Shown here: in pieces, positions 1 through 8,009 of the stretch | Layout of the letters: each line of letters opens with the position of its first letter | Numbering within the stretch: the stretch's first letter is position 1 | Virus record (IMG/VR): IMGVR_UViG_3300042673_001922 | Coordinates: 117,776-137,775 of that record | From: an uncultured virus (IMG/VR IMGVR_UViG_3300042673_001922) | Taxonomy: Duplodnaviria > Heunggongvirae > Uroviricota > Caudoviricetes | Length of the DNA stretch: 20,000 nucleotides | Strand: one strand, 5' to 3' | Translations under genes and position numbers: made by a program | Notes under the pieces: generated by a model | What the model was told of the DNA's origin: nothing | Database searches by the model: none | What the model saw: only the letters and a program-made list of their open reading frames with translations

Positions 1-1
1 T

Positions 2-160
2 CTTCTTGTTTTTAGAGAATCTGTAGTTCGAAGAGGATCCTTAACTGGCAATGTAAAAACTGCGTTACACGAAATTGGACATGGTGTATCTAAGTTAACA
101 CAAAGTACTGTGGATAAAAATCTTCTTGTGGGTCAATTGAAGGATATTATCCGGAGTTAG
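2..160 (+). CDS. Upstream part of a putative zincin metallopeptidase-like protein (5'-truncated by the window); out of frame with the 141/213-863 ORF
   Basis: Manual translation from nt 2 gives LLVFRESVVRRGSLTGNVKTALHEIGHGVSKLTQSTVDKNLLVGQLKDIIRS*, with HExxH (HEIGH) at 68-82 and TAG at 158-160. Confidence 0.6.
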   Translation, partial: LLVFRESVVRRGSLTGNVKTALHEIGHGVSKLTQSTVDKNLLVGQLKDIIRS

Positions 161-212
161 TTCGGTAGATGAAGAAGTTGCTAGTAAATTTAAAGATACT
201 TATCTAGGTGTT

Positions 213-863
213 ATGCGTGAATTTGGTCGAGAAGAAGCTAGAGCTGAGTCTTTCTCTGGATTAATTTCAAAAACCACCATAGGAAAAGACGCTCTAACCA
301 AGATAGCAAGAGGAGGTATTGAGGAGAAGCATATTAAGGGAACCTTATTAAGCGCATACAATCGTCTTGATGATGAATTTTATGGATTCCAAGGATATGC
401 AGAAATCAACTTAAGGAACATGCGAGGTTCTGCAGTGTATGATGCATTTGCTCGTCATATTGATTTTGATCAATTACAAAGACTAGGAGCCGTAGAAGCT
501 CATGGCGTTTTTATGGGTTCAGTTGATTACGGCGGAATGTCAGAAGCTGTTGCTCCATCTTTGAGAAGTCTTCAACAAACAGCAAACGAGCATGTGCTAA
601 CAAATTATGGTGAAGATACATATGATCGTTATCAGTCGCTAGTAACAGAATCAAAAAGAATTCCTGCACAGATAAAAGGATCTGGCCTAGCTTCAATTTC
701 CTCTGAACCTATTATAGATTCAATAGCTGCTTTAGAAAGAAGCGGGGCTAGCACAGAGGTTGCAGAACAAGTTGGAAGAACTGGTGGGATGGCAAAAAGA
801 ACACTTAGTGGAATATTGTCAGCCGGAGAAACAGCAGCAGAAGTTATGAGATTTATTAAATAA
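213..863 (+). CDS. Hypothetical protein, probably the C-terminal continuation of the HExxH protein (frame open from nt 141)
   Basis: 216 aa ORF. The frame is open back to TGA at 138-140. EEARAESFS resembles the downstream Glu-ligand helix of gluzincin/ImmA-IrrE-type peptidases. Confidence 0.6.
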   Translation: MREFGREEARAESFSGLISKTTIGKDALTKIARGGIEEKHIKGTLLSAYNRLDDEFYGFQGYAEINLRNMRGSAVYDAFARHIDFDQLQRLGAVEAHGVFMGSVDYGGMSEAVAPSLRSLQQTANEHVLTNYGEDTYDRYQSLVTESKRIPAQIKGSGLASISSEPIIDSIAALERSGASTEVAEQVGRTGGMAKRTLSGILSAGETAAEVMRFIK

Positions 864-1005
864 TATATATCTGAGGTCCTATTAATTTCTTTGTATAAAA
901 CCCAAAAAGACAAAAAAAGTTTAAAACAGTTTTGCCTCTTAAAATTTTTTTCCCAAATTTTACCTATATAGGTTTTTTAAATTAAAAAATATAATATTCC
1001 GCGTT

Positions 1006-1341
1006 TTAGTTATTATCTGCAACTGCGTCTTCTAGTGGGGAAACTATAATTGTTTCTCCATCTGAAGTAACGCCAAAGATACATCCAACATCGTTACCTT
1101 CAGGATCAGAAGAAGCGTAGATCTTGCTTCCGTCATTAAAGATGATTGCTACCGGATATCCACCACGGGAATTTTCCCAACCTTCAGCTTTAAGCTCTTC
1201 TTTAGTTAGCATTCTTACTTCAGCTACCATTAATCCTACAGGATATGCTGCTTTGTCTAAACTGGTCATTTTGTTCCTCGTATCTAAAGGGGTTTCTAAG
1301 GCTCTTAAATAGGCTTGACGCATTTCATAAAAATCAAGCAT
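1006..1341 (-). CDS. Hypothetical phage protein
   Basis: 111 aa ORF with a globular-looking sequence (VAIIFNDGSKIYASSDPEGN); overlaps the stop of the upstream gene. Confidence 0.7.
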   Translation of the reverse strand: MLDFYEMRQAYLRALETPLDTRNKMTSLDKAAYPVGLMVAEVRMLTKEELKAEGWENSRGGYPVAIIFNDGSKIYASSDPEGNDVGCIFGVTSDGETIIVSPLEDAVADNN

Positions 1342-1546
1342 CTGTTACAGTGCCCCATTCATGGTGGATAATTTCACAAGTAAATTTACAAGAAGGACAC
1401 CTAGGAGTACCATATTGGCTCATCATAGAATGAGATGGTTTATCTCCGCATTTACATCTTAGTACTAATTCTGGTCCCCAAGTTCTTATGAGTCTTGTTT
1501 TAGCGGACTGAGAAATAGGGATAGACAAAGAAGATTGAGAAATCAT
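1334..1546 (-). CDS. Small Zn-ribbon-like hypothetical protein
   Basis: CKCG...CPSC motif; GAGGAG RBS just upstream of the ATG. Confidence 0.65.
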   Translation of the reverse strand: MISQSSLSIPISQSAKTRLIRTWGPELVLRCKCGDKPSHSMMSQYGTPRCPSCKFTCEIIHHEWGTVTDA

Positions 1547-1557
1547 TTGTTTCTCCT

Positions 1558-2010
1558 CTAGTGATAATGCTTATTACTGTGTATGTCATTAAAGTTTTTT
1601 GTTTTAGATTGAACTAAAGAATTAATAGCAGTATGCAAAGAAGGCCAATCACGCTTAAGGTCATTAAGAAGATTTGATAACATCTTGTCATGCAGCGGTT
1701 CATTAACGCCTTTATTAAAAATAGCTTTATAAATTTTGTAGAGAGCTTCTCTTTCCTTAAAATTTAATGATCCATAAGTATTGTAACTAAAGTCAATGTT
1801 GTCTTTAATGTCCATATATGGATTTTTAGGAGTATCAATAAATTCTTTAATGTCCATATATGGATTCTTAGGATATGGATTCTTAGGAGTTTTACCAATA
1901 AATGTAGATTTCTCTTCTTTTACTGAAGTTTGATCTTTGTTAGAAATAGAATTTGCTAGACTAGCAATAGAAGATGCTAGATTGTTTATTGCCTGAATAA
2001 GAGATTTCAT
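1558..2010 (-). CDS. Hypothetical protein with internal PKNPY(MDIK) repeats
   Basis: 150 aa ORF; AAGGA RBS; in-frame tandem repeats. Confidence 0.7.
   Translation of the reverse strand: MKSLIQAINNLASSIASLANSISNKDQTSVKEEKSTFIGKTPKNPYPKNPYMDIKEFIDTPKNPYMDIKDNIDFSYNTYGSLNFKEREALYKIYKAIFNKGVNEPLHDKMLSNLLNDLKRDWPSLHTAINSLVQSKTKNFNDIHSNKHYH
1802..1890. repeat. In-frame intragenic repeats (42-bp period plus a 15-bp duplication)
   Basis: tctttaatgtccatatatggattYttagga at 1802 and 1844; atatggattcttagg at 1858 and 1873. Confidence 0.85.
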
Positions 2011-2021
2011 TTTTATCCTTT

Positions 2022-2237
2022 TTAATAACGAGCTATTAAATTCAATCTTTGAATCTCAGCTTCTAAACTCTGCAACTTGTATTCCATAGAACTTATATGG
2101 GTGAGTAGTAAAGATATAGTATTTGAGGCAGATTGACAAATATCATAAACATTTTTAGAATCATGAATTGTTTTATCAGCTTCATTGAGAAGTGAATGAA
2201 TTAATTCTTTAGAGCTATCTAGAATATGTTCTGACAT
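2022..2237 (-). CDS. Small coiled-coil hypothetical protein
   Basis: 71 aa ORF with a heptad-like C-terminus, packed in operon order. Confidence 0.6.
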   Translation of the reverse strand: MSEHILDSSKELIHSLLNEADKTIHDSKNVYDICQSASNTISLLLTHISSMEYKLQSLEAEIQRLNLIARY

Positions 2238-2249
2238 AAAAACATTATA

Positions 2250-2480
2250 TCAGCTAAAGCCAGATAACTTCTTGTTTAAGTTCTTATACAAATTTTTTTC
2301 TTCTGAAATTTCAGCTAAAGCATTATCAAGTAAAGATAATAGCAATTTGTCAAAATTACTTAAAAGGCTAGTGTCAAAGTAAACTTTGTTGGTAGAAATT
2401 TTATCTTCTGTATTTGAAGAAGAAGAAGATTCCTCTTTATTATTAGGGTAATTACATGGCCAGTTGGGATGAATCATCAT
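2250..2480 (-). CDS. Hypothetical protein
   Basis: 76 aa ORF in operon order. Confidence 0.55.
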   Translation of the reverse strand: MMIHPNWPCNYPNNKEESSSSSNTEDKISTNKVYFDTSLLSNFDKLLLSLLDNALAEISEEKNLYKNLNKKLSGFS

Positions 2481-2572
2481 AAGACTAATTCTTTGGGAGT
2501 AGTTAAAAACCGGAATATAATATACGCAAGCTCAAACAAAGCAGCGAGGATCTGAACAGTAATGCCTGTCAT
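2477..2572 (-). CDS. 31 aa hydrophobic small protein (not in the ORF track)
   Basis: MTGITVQILAALFELAYIIFRFLTTPKELVL*; its TGA overlaps the next ATG (ATGA) and it fills the 2480-2620 gap. Confidence 0.45.
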   Translation of the reverse strand: MTGITVQILAALFELAYIIFRFLTTPKELVL

Positions 2573-2619
2573 AATTTTCTATCTTTCTTTTATGTTACAA
2601 GTCGGTGATTAGATAGATA

Positions 2620-2919
2620 TTATATTAGTTCTAATAAATATACTTTATGTAGTCTCTTTTTACAAGTGTGAGAAGGTGCTTCATCTATAGCTACACATAC
2701 CTTAACGTACACTCCACAAGAATGGCATTTCCATTCACTGTTAGGTTTATATCTTAAGGTAGTATTCTCTTGCTTAGGGGCATTGATTGTCAGCTGAGAA
2801 GAATCAACAGAAGGAGCTTGTAGACATGATGGGCAAAGCCTAGGTTTTCTCCCTCTTGCTTTAAGGCGCTTCCATTGAAGATTACATTGGATACAAGTTA
2901 GTTCGTCAAATTCTTCCAT
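2620..2919 (-). CDS. Double Zn-ribbon hypothetical protein
   Basis: CIQC...CPSC and CHSC...HTC motifs; the probable start is ATG 2919 (AGGA upstream) rather than 2952. Confidence 0.7.
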   Translation of the reverse strand: MEEFDELTCIQCNLQWKRLKARGRKPRLCPSCLQAPSVDSSQLTINAPKQENTTLRYKPNSEWKCHSCGVYVKVCVAIDEAPSHTCKKRLHKVYLLELI

Positions 2920-2927
2920 AGTTGTTC

Positions 2928-3536
2928 CTAAATTTTTTCTTGAAAATGACAATGAAAAGGTGCTCCGGTATAAGGGTCATACTTTGAGGCAACTGCTATA
3001 GCTTTTAAAGCTGCTTTTTTAGCCTGAGCTACTGTCATCTTTTTTGATGAACCAAGAACATGCAAAGCGCCAAGAGCGTAAGCACTTCCAGTTCCAAGAG
3101 CATACATGCCACTTATATCAGAGGTCCAAGAGTAGTCGCCATCAACAACATATATGCAACCTGAGACTACGACTAAAATTGTAGATCCATGCTCAGCAAT
3201 GTGAGTTGAAGTATCTCTTTCAGGAGCAGCATATCCTTGTTTTTCAAAACATTCTCTAAGAGAAGGTATAAACTTTGTAGTTATAAAGTTGTCTAACTTT
3301 TTTCCAGTTGTTCCAGGAGGTACAACAGGAGGAGTAAAGGCGTGATGAAGAATATTAATTGCGCGCATATCTCCAGCTGCACCTAAAAGGTATCTTCCAT
3401 TTTCTGCAACTTTAGCAGAAGTAGAAGATAGTGTAGTTATCTGTGAAGCAAAACCACCTTCATCAACGGTGGATATGCGAGAATCACTACAAACTAAAGA
3501 ATAGTCTAATCCCTGAATAGCTATAATGGTAGTCAT
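2928..3536 (-). CDS. HslV/proteasome beta-subunit-like Ntn threonine protease
   Basis: N-terminal M-T-T-I-I-A (Thr1 nucleophile), SDSR, downstream Lys (SAKV), AAGD, and GTGSAYALGAL (matches the HslV GSGG motif); GAGGA RBS. Confidence 0.85.
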   Translation of the reverse strand: MTTIIAIQGLDYSLVCSDSRISTVDEGGFASQITTLSSTSAKVAENGRYLLGAAGDMRAINILHHAFTPPVVPPGTTGKKLDNFITTKFIPSLRECFEKQGYAAPERDTSTHIAEHGSTILVVVSGCIYVVDGDYSWTSDISGMYALGTGSAYALGALHVLGSSKKMTVAQAKKAALKAIAVASKYDPYTGAPFHCHFQEKI

Positions 3537-3591
3537 TTAATTCCTCGGTATATTTAAATATATTACATTATACCTTAGAATAAGATTAAAT

Positions 3592-3789
3592 TCAATCTTT
3601 AGAAGGATTAAAATATAAAGAACCAAAAACCTCTATAGCTATGGAGTTAATTTCTTTAGAATTAGAAAAGGAATTATATTGAACATATTCATTATTTAAA
3701 GAATGAAAGTAATGTTTATATTTTTTATTTTTAAACTTTCTTTTGTTCTTTGCCAAGAGTTTCGCCCTTTTTATAAATACAGGTGCCAT
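3592..3789 (-). CDS. Small basic hypothetical protein (start uncertain)
   Basis: Fills the gap between the KTSC and protease genes; Lys-rich N-terminus; overlaps the KTSC gene end. Confidence 0.35.
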   Translation of the reverse strand: MAPVFIKRAKLLAKNKRKFKNKKYKHYFHSLNNEYVQYNSFSNSKEINSIAIEVFGSLYFNPSKD

Positions 3790-4003
3790 TTAAATTATTT
3801 CTAATTTTAGAGTTAAAATATGCCCCAGCTGAATCAGCTGCAATAAACTCAGCAAACTTGTCATACGACACAGAGTCATAATGCCAAATGGCTCCAGAAT
3901 GAAATATTACTATCAAGCCCTCGGTATCTTCATCCCATGCAGCAGAGTGAAGAACAGAACTATCACGAAATTGTTTAAATTTAATTGTTGACATATCAAC
4001 CAC
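3731..4003 (-). CDS. KTSC domain protein
   Basis: DSSVLHSAAWD...LIVIFHSGAIWHYDSV...FIAADSAGAYFNSKIR matches the KTSC consensus (SS.I.s.gYD...L.v.F..G..Y.Y..Vp......l..A.S.G.yfn..Ir). Confidence 0.9.
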   Translation of the reverse strand: MVDMSTIKFKQFRDSSVLHSAAWDEDTEGLIVIFHSGAIWHYDSVSYDKFAEFIAADSAGAYFNSKIRNNLNGTCIYKKGETLGKEQKKV

Positions 4004-4226
4004 CGTTCAAATTGTAGAAACTTTCATACTCTGATAATCCATTGCACCTTATGCAATTAAGGGGATTATCTTCATGCTGTGAATCGTGTTCACGATACAA
4101 AGAAGTAGCTATTTGCTTCCAGTGATTAAGTTGTGCAAGCATGACTGAATTGCTTTGAGTAAGTAGCTTGATATTATCAAGAAGTGCATTTACATCTTCT
4201 TGTGAAAATATTGGGTCATTATTCAT
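3996..4226 (-). CDS. Hypothetical protein
   Basis: 76 aa ORF with a coiled segment then H...H...CIRC; starts 4 nt after the tRNA. Confidence 0.65.
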   Translation of the reverse strand: MNNDPIFSQEDVNALLDNIKLLTQSNSVMLAQLNHWKQIATSLYREHDSQHEDNPLNCIRCNGLSEYESFYNLNGG

Positions 4227-4230
4227 ATAG

Positions 4231-4302
4231 TGCCTCCACTAGGACTCGAACCTAGAACGAGAAATTAGAAGTTTCTTGTTATATCCCTTTAACTATAGAG
4301 GC
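4231..4302 (-). tRNA. tRNA-Arg(UCU)
   Basis: Cloverleaf GCCTCTA-TA-GTTA AAGGGATA TAAC-A-AGAAA CTTCTAA TTTCT-CGTT-CTAGG TTCGAGT CCTAG-TGGAGGC-A; anticodon TCT; CCA not encoded (followed by CTA). Confidence 0.95.
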
Positions 4303-4305
4303 TTG

Positions 4306-4725
4306 TTAAAGATAATTATACTGTTCTCTTGTTTGAATATCAACAAAAAGATTTGATTCTAAAAGAAAATCTTTATAAGAAACAATGTAATAGAATCCAT
4401 TACTCCAGTAAGCACCTTGAACTAAATATCCATCAAAAGGTTTGAATTCACTTATCTCATGCCAATCGCCCATAGAATCCATTACATACCTAAAAATTCC
4501 AAGAGGTTTAGGAGTCCATAATTTTGCAATAACGTTATTTGGCAAAGCGACAGAGGCATGCAAAAGAACGTATGATTCTATAGCAGCGGTAACTTCCTCT
4601 ATTGGTAAGGACTTAGAAGAATAGGAAAACCAATTATTCTGCTGTATTTGAGAAAGAAAATAATGAGAATCTTCTTCATCTAAAGATGACTCAAAAACAG
4701 ATGTCCTTTGTAATAGATCTAACAT
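4306..4725 (-). CDS. Hypothetical protein
   Basis: 139 aa ORF in tight operon packing. Confidence 0.7.
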   Translation of the reverse strand: MLDLLQRTSVFESSLDEEDSHYFLSQIQQNNWFSYSSKSLPIEEVTAAIESYVLLHASVALPNNVIAKLWTPKPLGIFRYVMDSMGDWHEISEFKPFDGYLVQGAYWSNGFYYIVSYKDFLLESNLFVDIQTREQYNYL

Positions 4726-4727
4726 AA

Positions 4728-5090
4728 TTAACTGCCAACAACTAGTTTAACGTATAAAGTTTTTCTTTCAATAGATGTAAGAAATTTTATAGTGTTAATT
4801 CGCCACTTGTTTTGCTTTGTTATGAATGATTCAATATCAAAGTTTGAATAACCTTCATCTTTCATTTCCAATACTTTAATTTTGTTCTTTGCTTTATTGG
4901 AACTTAACTGAAATTCAACATCTCTTCTAATTACTCTTAAGTTATATAACCACATATCCATATTGTTTATGAGGTGAGTTTTTTCTTCTGGAGTTGATTC
5001 ATTTTTAACATCACGAATAACAAGATCCTTAAATGAATCTAAATAATCTGAATCAAATTCATCAACTGTATTGGTATTTTGATTGTTCAT
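4728..5090 (-). CDS. Hypothetical protein
   Basis: 120 aa helical-looking ORF overlapping the end of the UDG-like gene. Confidence 0.7.
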   Translation of the reverse strand: MNNQNTNTVDEFDSDYLDSFKDLVIRDVKNESTPEEKTHLINNMDMWLYNLRVIRRDVEFQLSSNKAKNKIKVLEMKDEGYSNFDIESFITKQNKWRINTIKFLTSIERKTLYVKLVVGS

Positions 5091-5829
5091 ATGTGTCTTT
5101 CGAATAGCAGAACTGATAGGCTTGTTGTATGTCTGAAATAAACTGTTCAGAATATTGACCAGAGGACCTAGTGCAGTAAGCTGGTGAGTATGTTGGTATT
5201 ATTGGCCAGTAACCAAGCCAAGATAATATTCCTCTATATTGTTTAAGCTGGACATCAGCATTGAGTAATGTAGCTAAGGGTAGTAAACCTAGAGTAACTA
5301 TTAGCTTTGGATTAATCAATTGAACCTCAGTATGAAGAAACCCTGAGCAATTAGTTATCTCAATGTTTTCTATTTTTCTAGAAACAGGGCACCTAGTAAC
5401 GTATGTTAAGCATACATTTGAAGAGTTAAAGCCAACTGATTTTATAGTAGATATAAACAAATCTGTTGACTCTTGATCAAGCTTAGGATTATCTAATATA
5501 AATAATACATCTGGATTTTGATAATTCCATTTTGGAAGCTCTGAAGACTCAAGCATAGTAGAGCACTTCCTACAGTTTTTAGTAACTGTATGAAGGTCTT
5601 TCAAATTAACGTTATTATTAGAAGTAAGAATATTAGATCTTACATCTTGAAAAAGTGTAGTTAATTTATCATTAGGAATATGCTTTGCAAAAGTCTCGTA
5701 TACGTGAGACAATAAGTTAGTTTCCCCAAGACCTAGATATAATCCGGTCTTGGGGATTAACTTAGAATTTTCACCAGAAAGAGCTTCTTTAATTAAAGAA
5801 TCTAAATCTTCCTGTGAAAAATCATCCAT
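5062..5829 (-). CDS. Uracil-DNA glycosylase family 4-like protein with degenerate catalytic motifs
   Basis: CRKC, TYVTRCP, NCSGFLHTEVQLINPKLIVTLG and IIPTYSPAY align with family-4 UDG motifs (CxxC, TNxVKCRP, CxxxLxxEIxxxxPxxIVxLG, TYHPA). Confidence 0.8.
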   Translation of the reverse strand: MDDFSQEDLDSLIKEALSGENSKLIPKTGLYLGLGETNLLSHVYETFAKHIPNDKLTTLFQDVRSNILTSNNNVNLKDLHTVTKNCRKCSTMLESSELPKWNYQNPDVLFILDNPKLDQESTDLFISTIKSVGFNSSNVCLTYVTRCPVSRKIENIEITNCSGFLHTEVQLINPKLIVTLGLLPLATLLNADVQLKQYRGILSWLGYWPIIPTYSPAYCTRSSGQYSEQFISDIQQAYQFCYSKDTYEQSKYQYS

Positions 5830-6254
5830 CAGAACTCTGAGGGAATTGAGTTACCAGATGGTGAACTAGAGGATCCTTCTGATTTAGTAGAATCTCCCTT
5901 TGGTGCAGAAGCTGCATATGTAACATGCTCTGCAACAACTACGACTTTTGATCTATTTTGGTTATCTTGCTGCCAACGTTCTTGAAGCAGTCTTCCAATA
6001 ATAGAAATCTGTGAACCCTTTTTCATTTTACCGCCAGTAATTTGGCTGTGAACAAAAGAAGCATTCTTATTTGCAAAACCGTCATTATCCTTAAGGTAAT
6101 AAGTTATATCAAAATAGCCAGAAGTAGACTGTGATCCTTTTTCGGAACCAGCATAATCTACTGCTACTCTAAACTTTGCAATTTTGTCATTTATAATTTC
6201 TGGATCAGCAACGACACCAGCAGTAAGGTTGATGATATTTTTTGGATCTAACAT
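5829..6254 (-). CDS. ssb: Single-stranded DNA-binding protein
   Basis: OB-fold pattern N.I.L.agvvaDPE...akFrvAvd...tsgyFdi...KKGsqisiiGRLlqerW.....RSKvvvvae, followed by a low-complexity tail ending SEF. Confidence 0.85.
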   Translation of the reverse strand: MLDPKNIINLTAGVVADPEIINDKIAKFRVAVDYAGSEKGSQSTSGYFDITYYLKDNDGFANKNASFVHSQITGGKMKKGSQISIIGRLLQERWQQDNQNRSKVVVVAEHVTYAASAPKGDSTKSEGSSSSPSGNSIPSEF

Positions 6255-6274
6255 TATCTATAATCTCCATATAG

Positions 6275-6499
6275 TCACTTAGTTTGGTTATTGTTTTCAA
6301 TTGCTTCTCGAATATTTTCGACAAGCCTTTCTAAAAATTTGCATGCTTCATCTGCGCCAATTGCCGGACCATAATCTATGGTGTAGTAATCTACTAGACT
6401 AACAAACAAATTATATATTCCGGATTTTAAATCCGAAATGACATCAGTAGAAACGTAATCACTTACTTCTTCTACTAATTTAGGATCTTCATCACTCAT
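6275..6499 (-). CDS. Small acidic hypothetical protein
   Basis: 74 aa ORF in operon order. Confidence 0.6.
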   Translation of the reverse strand: MSDEDPKLVEEVSDYVSTDVISDLKSGIYNLFVSLVDYYTIDYGPAIGADEACKFLERLVENIREAIENNNQTK

Positions 6500-6500
6500 A

Positions 6501-6794
6501 TTATACCCTCTTTGATAGAGCTTGATCTATCATTTCTCCTAATATTTTTTTATCCTTAAAACCTTTGTCATACAATATAGATATTATAGGTTTTGGATCT
6601 ATATAAGAGTAGGTAATAAGTTGTAAATTAAGTACATCGTTAAGATTATATATCCTATACTTATTTAGATCTCTTTTTGGAACTGGATACTTTTTTGTTT
6701 TCTCGCGATTTGCAACAGTTAAAGGAGAGACATTAAGTATTTGAGCAACATCTGAACGAGTAAATATTGGTTCTGATACTTTTTTATAGCTCAT
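6501..6794 (-). CDS. MerR-like helix-turn-helix DNA-binding protein
   Basis: FTRSDVAQILNVSPLTVANREK...PVPKRDLNKYRIYNLNDV matches the MerR winged-HTH consensus. Confidence 0.85.
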   Translation of the reverse strand: MSYKKVSEPIFTRSDVAQILNVSPLTVANREKTKKYPVPKRDLNKYRIYNLNDVLNLQLITYSYIDPKPIISILYDKGFKDKKILGEMIDQALSKRV

Positions 6795-6834
6795 TTTAAT
6801 TTATATACCTTTTTAAGTATTTATATATATTTAT

Positions 6835-6863
6835 ATAGTACCATAAAAAGATAGAATAATCAA
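6835..6863 (-). promoter_or_regulatory. Putative sigma70-type promoter for the HTH-SSB-UDG block
   Basis: TTGATT, 17-nt spacer, TACTAT with an extended -10 TG, in a 72-bp intergenic gap; the AT-rich context lowers confidence. Confidence 0.5.
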
Positions 6864-6866
6864 TAA

Positions 6867-8009
6867 TTACACCTGTTGACAGTTTTGTCTTAGGGCATTA
6901 GCATAAGCATTAAAAGAAGAGATCTGATTTATTTTTTGATTAAGATAGGCTTCACAACTTGTGTAATAAGGATATGAAACAGAATCTACAAAAAGATGAT
7001 AAATAACAGATTGATATGTTTTTTTAATTTTATTAACTGGGCCAACAAAATTTATAAAATCTGATATATTAAAATCATCTGAATCATCTATAGAATTTAA
7101 ATAAAGATTTTTATACTTTGGTGAATAATTGAATATAAAATCTTTATCTTTATCAAAATTTGAACAATAAGATGGATTAGCCCAAGTCGAAGAGGCAACA
7201 TCTTCTAAAGACATCTGAGATATCAATTTATAAAAAGTCTTAACACTATCAAGGTTAGACATGCTGTCTTCAATAAGTTTTTTCATTATAGGATTATGAA
7301 CAGTGTTATGATATATCTGACTCGATGTTTGATTAACGCATTCATGAAGGTCAGCATTAAAACCAGTATTCCAAACCCAATCGTAAGCAGAAGCGATTAC
7401 GCCTTCTAAGCTTTGAGGATAGCGAGATATTTCTTCATACTCATCAAACATTGGATTGCATAAAGTGCCATCAGCAAAGAAATTATTTACATAAGGCATA
7501 TAAAGCTGGGTATCAGGTCCGCGAAGTGGAGTATTTGAAAAGAACATTTTGACATAAGTTGTTCTATATTTTGAAATAGGATTAGTAGAATATTGAACTA
7601 AATATATTTGCCAAGGAACAGGAATCTCATAAACATTTTGAATCAAATCTTCTTGAGAAATATTATAGCTATCATCATCTTCATCATCTGATTGATAACC
7701 TTCATGTGTAGCTGAAGAAATTTGATCAACAGAATAATCTATATAATTAATAAGCTTATGAGTTGGAGGGCGTTCAAATATTAAAAAACCAGGTATAGAA
7801 AAACGCAAACCTGGAGGAAGCAAACCAGATTCTAGTGTTTTTTTATTTAATGAATTATGATATTCAGATAAACTTGATATATCTCCACTCATTGAATACA
7901 TTGTTCCAAAATCATCTTTTATATTAAGTTCAGAATAATAAGAATTTGGATCTTCTCTCCAACCATAATGACCTTGTTTAGTTTTTGTAAAGATAGATAA
8001 GCTAGACAT
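6867..8009 (-). CDS. Prokaryotic E2-like protein (Prok-E2_D / PRTRC protein B-like), paralog 3
   Basis: LLPPGLRF, IFERPP, YEIPVPWQIYLV, KMFFSNTPLRGPDTQLYMPYVNNFFADGTLC, WNTGFNADL. Confidence 0.7.
   Translation of the reverse strand: MSSLSIFTKTKQGHYGWREDPNSYYSELNIKDDFGTMYSMSGDISSLSEYHNSLNKKTLESGLLPPGLRFSIPGFLIFERPPTHKLINYIDYSVDQISSATHEGYQSDDEDDDSYNISQEDLIQNVYEIPVPWQIYLVQYSTNPISKYRTTYVKMFFSNTPLRGPDTQLYMPYVNNFFADGTLCNPMFDEYEEISRYPQSLEGVIASAYDWVWNTGFNADLHECVNQTSSQIYHNTVHNPIMKKLIEDSMSNLDSVKTFYKLISQMSLEDVASSTWANPSYCSNFDKDKDFIFNYSPKYKNLYLNSIDDSDDFNISDFINFVGPVNKIKKTYQSVIYHLFVDSVSYPYYTSCEAYLNQKINQISSFNAYANALRQNCQQV

Noticed and set aside
158..172. Stop-codon reassignment (alternative genetic code)
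   Set aside because: Reading through TAG 158-160 hits TGA three codons later; genes pack densely under the standard code and use TAA, TAG and TGA as stops
511..913. Minus-strand ORFs 511-696 and 632-913
   Set aside because: Antisense to the better-supported + strand gene
1802..1890. Possible mini CRISPR array
   Set aside because: Only two ~30-bp copies separated by 12 bp, in frame within a CDS, and no cas genes
4231..4302. tRNA as a prophage or island attachment site
   Set aside because: No integrase and no duplicated tRNA 3' end seen in the window
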